64,000 nt of DNA from Phoronis australis (Eukaryota > Animalia > Phoronida): positions 390,438 through 454,437 of the forward strand of contig NMRA01000063.1 of assembly GCA_002633005.1 (NCBI GenBank). Reading direction: 5' to 3'. Shown one piece after another: positions 27,601 through 39,600 of the stretch. Within the stretch, counting starts at the first letter, position 1. Each line of letters opens with the position of its first letter. The translations under genes and the position numbers were made by a program. Below the pieces are notes generated by a model, which worked only from the letters and a program-made list of their open reading frames with translations, had not been told where the DNA came from and did not search any database.

Positions 27601-30600
27601 CATATTTATATGACAGCCTCTTGTTATGCGCCCACATATTTATATGACAACATCTTGTTATACGCCCACATATTTTTATAGCAACATCTTGTTATGCGCC
27701 CACATATTTATATGACAACATCTTGTTATGCGCCCACATATTTATATGACAACGTCTTGTTATGCGCCCACATATTTATATGACAACGTCTTGTTATGCG
27801 CCCACATATTTATATGACAACGTCTTGTTATGCGCCCACATATTTATATGACAACGTCTTGTTATGCGCCCACATATTTATATGACAACATCTTGTTATG
27901 CGCCCACATATTTATATGACAACGTCTTGTTATGCGCCCACATATTTATATGACAACGTCTTGTTATGCGCCCACATATTTTTATGACAACTTGTTGTTA
28001 CGCGCCCACATATTTATATCAATGTCTTGTGTGATCATGTGTTTTTTCAAGGTTTTTGTAGAAGATGTTTTACTATGTAACTCCAGGAGAAGTTTGGATA
28101 ACAATTACTGTGTAGCTATTGACAGTTTTGGCAATGATGTTCTATGCAAGTATTGTGTGGTAGTGCGATGCTGGCGGAGACAATCTGAACCAATTGATGA
28201 AGTTGAAAAGCACTCCATGTTGTTTGTCACAGCCACTTATGAGAATGGCATTCATTGGTCACCCAACCAAAATGGATGTTGTCTTCTAGACAGTCGAATT
28301 GGTCCTTACTCAGATTAGAGTATTTTCAGGGCTTGGAAAGAACTGCATTGTTATGCTCCCACATGTGTGGTCACATATTGTCATCACTTTGTCCGGTTGT
28401 TAGGTTGTCCGGATGATTTGTCAAAAAACCCTGGTCGGATTTTGATGAAATTTGGCACAAGGGTGTTGAGCATCACTGGAACGGTTTATGTCTCTTTTCA
28501 ATGTGCCCTGCCCCCTGGGGTCAGGGGGCGTCGCTTTTTCTGTATTTTTGGGTCAAGAGCGTTTCTGGTTGATATCTAAAAAAGGGATTGACTGATTTAA
28601 CTGAAACTTGAAGCAAAGGTGTGTGATGTCAATTTGCTGGCATGATTAAATTTTTGAGTGGATTCAACTACTGCAGCACCTCCTAGTGGCCATTTGTCCT
28701 CAATGAGGGGCTTTTCGAGTGTTGTTTTGGGGAGAAGAGCATTTTCGGATGATATCTAGAGAACTGATCGGTGGATTTCATTGAATCTTGACACAGAGGT
28801 TTTTTTATGAGATTACACTGGTACCATTTGATTTTTGGTCAGATTTGACAAATGCAGTGCCACTTAGTGGCCATTTTGTGTGAGAGCGTTTCCAAATGAT
28901 ATCTAGAGAACAGATCGATGGATTTCAATGAAACTTGACCCAAAGGTGTTTAATAACAATGCGCCGGGACCATTAAATTTGTGGGTGAATTTTGACTACT
29001 GTAGCGCCTTCTTGTTGCCATCATGTTATCAGTGAGGGCTTTTTAAGTGTTGTTTGGTAAATATTGTTTCCAGATGTTATCAATAGAACCGACTGGCATA
29101 CTACTTTGAAACTTGACGCAGGGGTATGTGATGAGATTGCAACAGCACCATTTGCTTTTCGGCCGTATTCGAGGTCTGTAGTGCCTCTCAGTGGTCATTT
29201 TGTGTGAGCGTTTCCAGATGACGTGAGTTCGACTGTTGTAGCATCTCCTAGTGGCCATTATGTTTTCAAGTGTTGTTTGGGGAATAGCGTTTCCAGATGA
29301 TCTAAAGAACAGATTGATGGATTTTGTCAAAACCTGACATCAAGGTGTATGATGAGATTGCGCCGGCACCATTTGATTTTTGGTCAGATTCAATAGCTGC
29401 AATATGGCCATTTTGTATGTGAGTGTTTTCGCATGATGTTGGGAGCCGAGTGAAGGATTTCAATGAAAGGTGATGCAGATGTTTCTGTTGACAATGCACC
29501 AGCACCATTAAAGTTCTGGGCAGATTCGTCCACGGTAACACCTCCTACAGGCCATTTTTTTCGACATGGGCTTTAGAAGTGTTTAGAGGAAGAGTATTTC
29601 CTGATGATATCTAAAGAACCGTTTAATAGATTTCATCATTTTTGACACCATTTGATTTTCGGGCCAATTTGACAACTGCAGTGCCTCCTAGTGGCCATTT
29701 TGTGTAATCGTTTCTGGATGATATGTGAAGAACGGACTGAGGGTTTCAATGAAAGTTCACGCAGAGGTTTGTAATGACATTGCATCGGCACCATTAAATT
29801 TTCGGCGGATTCGACCACTGTCGCACCTCTTAATGGCCATTTTGTTTTTGACATGGGTTTTGAAGTATTGTTTGGGGAAGAGCGTTTCCGGATGATATCG
29901 GGATTGTTAGTAGATAAGCCCACTTGATGAAACGCCCATGGGCGTTTATTCTGAAAATTATTTGGTGTTGCAACGTCTAGTGTCAAGTGTCCAGATAATG
30001 GGGTAGTTTGTTCGTAAAATTTCTTCTTAAAAGGTCACTCGGCGTCAATTTTGTGTCTCAAATTCAGTTTCGTGGAACATTTATCATTTACAAAAACAAA
30101 CAAGGTGTTGGCAAACTATCTATTTATTAACATAACATTTAAAAACAGTTTTATGTAAAAAAATGTCAAAGTCAGCAGATCTATGACTTTCCGTTTACAA
30201 GACCCCCTTTTCCAAATAATTGCCCGGGTGTTTCTTTGGTTTTAATAAAACTCCTGAAAATCTTCATTTCCTGTATACACGCCCATCTGCTTATCTATGG
30301 AATATCTGAAGAACTAATTGAAAGATTTCATTGAAACTTGTCACAGGTATATGATGAGATTACACCATTTCATGTTTGGCTGGGTTTGACTATTGTAGTG
30401 CCTCCTAGTGGCCATTTTGTGTGAGTGCGTTTCCAAATGATTTGTAGAGAACTGAGGGAAGGATTTCAATGAAAGTTGACATGGGTTTGTGATGACAGGC
30501 GGCACCATTAAATTTTCGGGCAGATGTGACTACTATAGCACTTCCTAGTGGCCATTTTATTTCCAATGTGGGCTTTTCAAGTGTTGCTTAGGAGAAAAGC

Positions 30601-33600
30601 ATTTCCGGGTGATATCTCAAGAACTGATTTACGCATTCCACGGACGCAAAGTTATGAGATTGCGCTGGCACTATTTAAGTCACAGCTGGATTCAATTTAA
30701 TGAAGGATTTCGATGAATGTTGACACAGAGGTATGTTAGGGCAATGTGCCGGCAGTTCCAGGCTTATTCGACCTGTGTAGCACCTACTCATTTTTAACAT
30801 GAGGCTTTTCACGTGTCATTTGGGGGAAGAATATTCCTGGATGATATCTGAAGAATCGATTGATGGATTTCATTATAACTTGACACTTGGGCTGGCACCA
30901 TTCAATTTTCGGGCAGATTTGAGTTCTTCAGCGCCTCCTAGTGACTCTTAGAAACATATCTTATGCAATGTACCGTGGGTGCTTGTCACCGCCCCAGCAT
31001 TGCTTTTTATGCGTCCACACATTTATATGTGGACGCATTATGCCGTCATCTCCATCCATCTGTCTGTCTGTCCGTCCATCCGGTGTCCAGCGTCCGCTGC
31101 TCCATCTCCAAAACCACTTGACGTATGTTCATGAAATTCGGCACGTGTTGGTTTCATGGATGGGATGGCATGAGCGAACTTTCGGACAGATCTGACTACC
31201 GGTGTGCCCCCTAGTGGCAATTTTAGTTTTTTACGTTTACCTCTATCTTCAAAGGTCCTCAACATGTTTTCATAAAATTTTGTATATAGGCACCTATTAG
31301 TGAGATGACGCTTTCCTCCCGTTTTCGGATGGATTCGACGTATTTTGCGCCAATTAGTGGCAATTTTTACGGTTTTCGGGTATGTTTTTTGGCGTCCACC
31401 CCTCTATCAACCAAAGTGCTCGAAGGATGATTGTGAAAATTGGCATGTATGTTCTTACTATGAATAGGACAGCTGACAATGATTTTCCGACGACTTCTGA
31501 CTACTGGCGCCTCCTCGTGGCAGTTTTGTTCATTTTGCTCCTAGGGCTGTATCTTCTAAACCGTTTGCAGGATCTTTACTAAATTTAGCAAGTGTATTGA
31601 TATGATATTGACATTGGACGACAACTTTCGGACAGAGCTGACTACTGGTGTGCCCCCTAGTGAGTGGCAATTTTAGATTTTTACATTTACCTCCGTATCT
31701 TCAAAGGTCCTCCACATGTTTTCATAAAATTTGCCATGTAGGCATCTATTAGTAAGATGATGCTATCCTCCCAATTTCAGATGGATTTGACATAGTTTAT
31801 GCCACCTTACTGGCCATTTCTACTGTTTTCGAGTCCGTTTTTGGCGTCCACCCCTCTATCAACCAAACCACTCAAAGGATGATTGTGAAAATTGGAATGC
31901 ATGTTCCTACTATGAAGAGGACCGCTTACGATGATTTTCCGACCACTTTGAGTACTGTGACGCCTCCAAGTGGCAGTTTTTTTTTGCGCCTATGGCTATA
32001 TCTCCTAAACCGTTTTCAGGATCTTTACTGAATTTTTCAAGTTAATTTATGTGATATTGACCACGGAGGACGACGATATTCAAGTGGATGTGACTATCGG
32101 TGTGCCCTGTAGGTGCAATTTTAGTTTTTTACGTTTACGTCTGTATCTTCAAAGATCTAAAACGGATTTTCATAAAATTTTGAATCTACGAATCTATTGG
32201 TGAGATGATGCTATCCTCCCGTTTTCAGATGGAATCGAGGTATTTTGCACCACCTAGTGGCCATTTTTGCTGTTTTTGTGTCTGTCTTTTAGCAGTCACT
32301 CCTCCATCAACCTAACCATTCTTAGGATGGTTTTGAAAATTGGCGTATATGGTCTCGGTGTCAAGAGGACAGTTAACGATGAAGATTTTGACTACTGTGG
32401 TGTCTCGTAGTGGTAGTTTTGTTTTGTTTTGTTTTTGCTCCCAGTTGATGTATCTTCTAAAGTCACTACAGAATCTTAGTTAAATTTAGTAAATGTATTT
32501 ATGTGAAGCTAACAACAGACAACAACGACTTTCAGGTGGATCCAACGAAGTGTGCTCCCTGGTGGCAATTTCATTTTATTCCGTTTTCCTTTGTTTTTCT
32601 GAAGTTCCTTGACAGATTTTTATGGAATTTGGTGAATAGCTTTCTATTAAAGAAGCAATGACATGTTCCCGTTTTCGAATAGATTGGACGGTTTTGCTCC
32701 ATCTAGTGCCCATTTTTATGTTACAAATAAACGACTGTTAAAGCACTTCATTTGCGTTGCATTCGTGGGCGCATTTCAATGTTCTGCGTTGCTCTTGTGT
32801 TACTATTGGAGACCAAGCTTGATAAGGCTCTAGCAAAGTGTCAGTTTTCTTAAGTTCTGAAATCTGGAAGCAAGGAACAATTTGAGACCTGTTTTATATT
32901 TGTGAAGTCGAAATCAAAAAGGTGGTTCATGTGGGCTCATTACAGTTCCATGGTGCATTTAATTCAACTGTAAACTATACTTTGTTTCTTTGCCAGGGAC
33001 TAGTTGCTACTCTAGAGAACTGAACTACAAGCGTTTCCGTGAGATTGCTGATTCGGTAGGGGCTTACCTATTGGCTGACATGGCTCATATATCTGGACTA
33101 GTGGCCGCCCAGGTAATCGCTAGTCCATTTGACTTTTGCGATGTCGTTACCACAACAACGCACAAAACACTGAGAGGTCCAAGATCTGGAATGATTTTCT
33201 TCCGAAAAGGTTTGTTGTGTTAAGTTTAAATTGTACTGCACGTGTTTTTATTGTGCATGCATATTATACTGTATGTAACGCACAAAAGTTCAGTTGTGTA
33301 ATTGCACCAAATGGGCTGCAGCATTGAAATACCAGTTAAAGTAGCTGTTACTAACTGATAAAGGTAAATACCAGTTAAAGGTGCTAGTAGTAGCAGGTAA
33401 AGGTAAATTCCAGTTATAATAGCCAGTAGTAGCAGATAAAGGTAAATACTACTTAAAGTAGCTGTTACTAGCAGATAAAGGTAAATACCAGTTAAAATAG
33501 CTAGTAGTAGCAGATAAAGGTAAATACTAGTTAAAATAGTTCTTACTAGCAGGTAAAGATAAATACCAGTTAAAATAGCTAGTAGTAGCAGATAAAGGTA

Positions 33601-36600
33601 AATACTAGTTAAAATAGTTCTTACTAGCAGGTAAAGGTAAATACCAGTTAAAGGTGCTAGTAGTAGCAGATAATGGTAAATACCAGTTAAAATAGCTAGT
33701 AGTAGCAGGTAAAGGTAAATGCCAGTTAAAATAGCTAGTAGTAGCAGATAAAGGCAAATGCCAGTTAAAATAGCTAGTAGTAGCAGATAAAGGTAAATGC
33801 CAGTTAAATAGCTAGTAGTAGCAGATAAAGGTAAATGCCAGTTAAAATAGCTAGTAGTAGCAGATAAAGGTAAATGCCAGTTAAAATAGCTAGTAGTAGC
33901 AGATAAAGGTAAATGCCAGTTAAAATAGCTAGTAGTAGCAGATAAAGGTAAATGCCAGTTAAAATAGCTAGTAGTAGCAGATAAAGGTAAATATCAGCTA
34001 AAGCAGCTGTTACCAGCAGATGAAGGTAAATTTTGATGTAAAATGCAGTGACTAACCATGTCTGCATTTTGTAATCTTGAAATTAAAAAGTAAATGCTCA
34101 AATAATGAATAAGGGACAAACGTCACGTAAAAACAACGTTAGTGAATGAAAATTTTACATACCTTTCAATGTATTAACAAAACTGAAAACATCATTCCAT
34201 CAGCAACATTTTGAATCTGTTCCACATTTCTGAGTTACTTTTCCTGTTACATACCGGTAATTTATGCACAGTGGAACAGTTTGAGCTGTTACCAGTTGAT
34301 ATTCATTGATAACATTTGGCGGCTTTAACCACTTGTGCCTATACAACATGAAAATTCCAGTAGCATATACACTGTTCTGGGTAACTGGTCAGGAAGGACT
34401 TTTCTTTCTCAGATGGTATTTTTAAGATACAACACATGTTTTGTTAACAGTTTAATTAATGCCTCACTCTTTCAAAATTCATCACAGGTGTCCGCAATGT
34501 TCTCGCAAATGGTGAAAAGGAAATGTACAATCTAGAGAGACCGATTAACGAGGCCGTCTTCCCGGGTCTGCAGGGTGGACCACACAATCACGCCATCGCT
34601 GGTGAGAAATTAAAGGCCAACACTGTTTTTTTCTTTTTGTGTTTGTCTGAAGATGACGATAGACGACCACAAGTGAAATTTAGCAAATAAGTTTCTACTT
34701 GTTGGAACCCATGCGAAGCTGGTGTGTGGGAATCTGCTTTAGCTCTGTTAACAATAGATATAGAAGTTGCCTTGGTGATACATGCTTAAGTTAGGAAACA
34801 AAAATAGGTAAAAGCTGTGCGGTTGTCAATGCCTTTTATTGTGTGCCCATATATTTATGTGTGGACGCATTATGCCGTCATCTCTGTCCGTACGTCCGTC
34901 TGACGTACGTCAGGCGTCCGTTCGCCGGCGTCCGCTGCTCTATCTCCAAAATGCCTTGACGTATGTTCATGAAATTTTGCACGTGTTCCTTTCGTGGATG
35001 GGACGGCATGAGCGAACTTTAGGACAGATCCGACTACCGGTGTGCCCCCTAGTGGCAATTTCAGTTTTTTACGTTTACCTCTGTATCTTCAAAAGTCCTG
35101 AATGGATTTTCATAAAATTTGATATATAGGCACCTGTTAGTGAGATGACGCTATCCTCCCGTTTTCAGATGGATTTGACGTGGTTTGCGGCACCTAGTGG
35201 CCATTTTTACTGTTTTCGAGTCTGCGTGCGTATAAGACAGCAAAAGTGAAAATGACAACCCTACTAATTGCCAAACGACGGCCACGTCTTTAGTAGTTTT
35301 TGAGTTGCTAAGAAATTCTCAAACCCCTTTACTTGTATCTGGGACTACGTGCGCGAAATAAGATTTTTCTTTCACACATTCTTGCCAACGTAAAGTGGAG
35401 GCCTACTCCAGTGATTCTAGTGCGTGAACTCATACGCATACGCACCACTCCAAAGCTGCACATCAAAAGAGAACTGCAACAGTCCTAAATGACAGAGTAT
35501 ACCGGCATTTTTATGCGTCCACATATTTATATGTGGTCGCATATTGCCGTCATCTCTGTCTGGGCGTCCGGCGTCCACGGCTGCATCTCCTGAACCCCTT
35601 GCAGGATCTCATTGAAATTTGGCAGGTGTGTTCCTATGGGGTTGACGACAGAGGGCGACGAGTTTCGGACCGACCCAAATACTGCTGTGCCCCCTAGTGG
35701 CAATTTTAGTTTTTTACATTTATCTCTATTTTCAAAGTTCCTTAACCGATTTTCGTGAAATTTGGCACATAGGCATCTATTAATAAGTTGACGCTATCCT
35801 CCCGTTTTCGGATGGATTTGAGGCATTTTGCACCATCTAGTGGCCATTTTTACTATTTTCGAGTCGTTTTTTTTCGTCCACCCCTCTATCAACCAAACCG
35901 CTCAAAGGATGATTGTCAAAACTGGCTTGTATGTTCTTACTATGAATTGGACGGCTGACGATGATTTTACAGCGACTTCGACCACTGTGGCACCTCCTAG
36001 TGGCAGTTTTTTTTTGCGCCTGTGGCTGTATGCCCTAAGCTGTTAGCAGGATCTTTACTTAATTTAGAGAGTTTATTTGTATGATGTTAACAATGGAGAA
36101 TGACGACTTTCAGACAGCTTTGACTACTGGTGGCAATTATATTTTTTTACGTTTACCTCTGTATGTTCAAAGGTCCTCAATGTATTTTCATACAATTTGG
36201 CATACAGGCATCTGTTAATGAGGTGACGCTATTTCTCTGTATTCAGATGGATTGGACCTAGTTTGCGCCACCTAGTGGCCATTTTTATGCGCCCACATAT
36301 TCATATATGGACGCATTATGCCGTCATCTCTGTCCGTCCGTCCGTCCGTCCGTCCGGCGTCCGCTGCTCTATCTCCAAAACCCTTTGACATACGTTCATG
36401 AAATTTGGCACATATGTTCCATGGATGAATGGGACGGCATGTGCGAACTTTCGGACGGATCCGACTACCGGTGTGCCCCCTAGTGGCAATTTTAGTTTTT
36501 TACGCTTACCTTTGTATCTTCAAAAGTCCTTAACGGATTTTCATGAAATTTGGTATGTAGGCACCTAGTAGTGAGATGACGCTATCCTGCCGTTTTCGGA

Positions 36601-39600
36601 TGGATTCGACATAGTTTGCTCCACCTAGTGGCCATTTTTACTGTTTTCGAGTCTGTTTTTGTGCTTCCACCCCTCTATCAACCAAACCGCTCAAAGGATG
36701 ATTGTGAAAATTGGCATGTATGTGCTTACTATGTAGAGGACGGTTGACGATGATTTTCCGACGATTTCGACTACTGTGGCGCCTCCTAGTGGCAGTTTTG
36801 TTTTTTTGCGCCCATGGCTGTATCTCCCAAACCGTTTGCAGGATCTTTACTAAATTTAGCAAGTGTATTTATGTGATGTTGACAACGGACGATGACGACT
36901 TTAGGATGATTCTGATTACCGGTATGCCTCTAGTGGCAATTTTAGTATTTGCCTCTAGTGGCAATTTTAGTATTTTACATTGACCTCTGTATTTTCATAG
37001 GTCTTCAGGTGTATACTTTGTGTTACTTCGTGACTGTGAAGGAAAAGTTCCAAGTAGAAATTTGTTTCTGGCATTCTAATGCTGTGCTAATCTCGTATGT
37101 TGGTAAATTTGTTTTTAATTCTATGTTTCTGTGGTGCTTTAAGCAACTGGTGTATAGGATGTGCTTGTATTATGAAGATTACTCACATTTTGCCCCTAGC
37201 CTATTGAGGAGACAATGACCATGCCTTTCCATTTTGCAAAGTATGCCCTCTACTGGCCACTTTATGGTACCAATAAACAACCCTAGAAGGATACCGTATG
37301 CGGTGCAATTGTGGGCGCATTTCAACGCTCCGCGTTGCTCTTGTTACAGTTTTCGATTACTGTGAAGTGGACAGCTGACGACGATTTTCCGACGAGTTTG
37401 ATTACTGTGGCACCTCCTAGTGGCAGTTTTGTTTTTTTTGCGCTCATGGCTGTATCTATTGAACGGTTTGCAGGATCTTACTTAATTTAGCAAGTGTATT
37501 TATAACTTTCGTACGGATCTGACTACTGGTGTGCCCCCTAGTGGCAATTTAGGTTTTTACGTTTACCAGTCTGTATCTTCAAAGGTCCTCAACAGATTTT
37601 CATAAAATTTTGAATATAGGCATCTATTGGTGAGATGACACTATCATCATCCTGTTTTTGTTTGGAATCGAGGTATTTTGTGCCACCTGGTGTCCATTTT
37701 TGCTGTTTTCAAATCTTTTTTTTTGGTGTCCACCCCTCGATCAACCAAAGCATTCTAGGGATGGTTTTGAAAATTGGCGTATATGTTTTCAGTATGAAGA
37801 CGATGTTTGATGATGGCAACTGACTACTGTGTTGCCTCCTAGTGGTAGTTTTGTTTTGTTTTGCGCCCATAGCTGTATCTCCAAAACCCACTACAGGATC
37901 TTTATTAACTTTAAAAAGTGAATTTATATGGAGATAACAGACAATGACTTTCAGGTGGATGGAACGGACGCTGTGACCACAAATAGCAATTTCATTTTGT
38001 TCTGTTTTCCTTTTTTTTCTCTGACAGATTTTTATGAAATATGGCATGTGTCCATTTTTGGATAAATTGTACATTTTTGCGCCATCTAGTGGCCATTTTT
38101 ATGATACAAATAAATAACCCTAAAAGCACACCATGTGGAATGCATTCTTGGGTGCATTTCAACGCTCCGCGTTGCTCTTATGTATCATTTGTTATTGTCA
38201 TAAATTTTTTGTTCTTAAATGTCGCATTTCATTTTTGTTGAATGTCCACTTTTATAGTTTTTTGCCATACACAGATGTGACGGTGATAAGACCACGAAAT
38301 ACAATGCGTCTTCATTACCATGCACACATATATTCATGAATGTATGCTTTACAGGTATCCTCAATCAAGTTATCTTGATACTATTCCCTGACCCTGTAGT
38401 GTATGCAGATCTTCAAATGATGGTCGACTGGGTAGATTGAGGAGTAGTGTTCGTAGGCAAAAAAAGTTCAATGTCCTTTGGACTGGCACAGTAAATACGC
38501 CTCTTTTTCTACTATGAAGATGAAGATTTGAACCAGAAATTGAGATTTTAATCAGTTATTTTTCAAAAAGGTATTTCGAATCTTGAGTTGTTTTTTGTAG
38601 TAACCGATACCTGTAAAAGAGAAGAGAAAACAATGTAAGATCAAGCACAATTGGCAGCCATTTTAACACACTAGTGTTCTCCATTACCAGTTTTAACCTG
38701 TTGCTTCGACAGGTTTGTCGATGCTCCCGTCAGATTTGGGTCAAGTGAATGATGCTTTTGTCTTTAATGTTGTCTGGTTGCAAGTGGTTTGTCGCCTATC
38801 TACCGTATATCTGTATGTATATGTGGATATGTATGAGTCTTTGTATTCGGACCAGTGGAATATATTCACAACTACTGATTACAAAAATGAGACAACATTG
38901 TGACAAGACTTACCCTGCACATTATGCACATTGAGTAATAGGCTCATCTGTTCTCACTCTCAGGTGTTGGTGTGGCCCTCAGACAGGCATGCAGGCCTGA
39001 GTTCGTACAGTACCAAGAGCAGGTGGTGGCCAACGCCAGGGCGTTGTGCAAAGGTCTGCAGTCACATGGTTATACCATTGTGTCAGGTGCGTGTCATGTC
39101 TACCGTTTGTGTAGCAAGTATCAGTGTGTCTGAGATACTGTTTGTAGGTTAGGCGTATACTCTTGAACTTTCCTATTTCGTAAGTGTCCACATTCATGTA
39201 ACTTACAATAAAAGTACATTCCACTCACTCCCTGTCAACATCGTCACCTCTGTATGCAAATATGGGACTAGCTGGTAACATCACTCATAGACGAAAGATC
39301 TATAGTTGATGAGCAGACTTGCTGACTTTTTCAACTATGTGTTGTAGCAAATTACTATTATCAGTTGGACTCTCCAAACACTTTAGCTTGTGTATTTACT
39401 GCTTGTGTATTTACTGCTTGTGTATTTACTGCTTGTGTATTTACTGCTTGTGTATTTACTGCTTGTGTATTTACTGCTTGTGTATTTGCTGCTTGTGTAT
39501 TTACTGCTTGAGTTGGTTGACGAGGAATGATGTCATTTAAAAGTGTATAGTTATAGAAAGGGTTGCTGTCACATTTGTCTCAAGAGGTTCATTGTTAAGA

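Noticed and set aside
27414-28020. CRISPR-like appearance of this and the other 34-59 bp arrays
   Set aside because: Units are directly head-to-tail with no unique spacers, there are no cas genes, and the context is eukaryotic introns.
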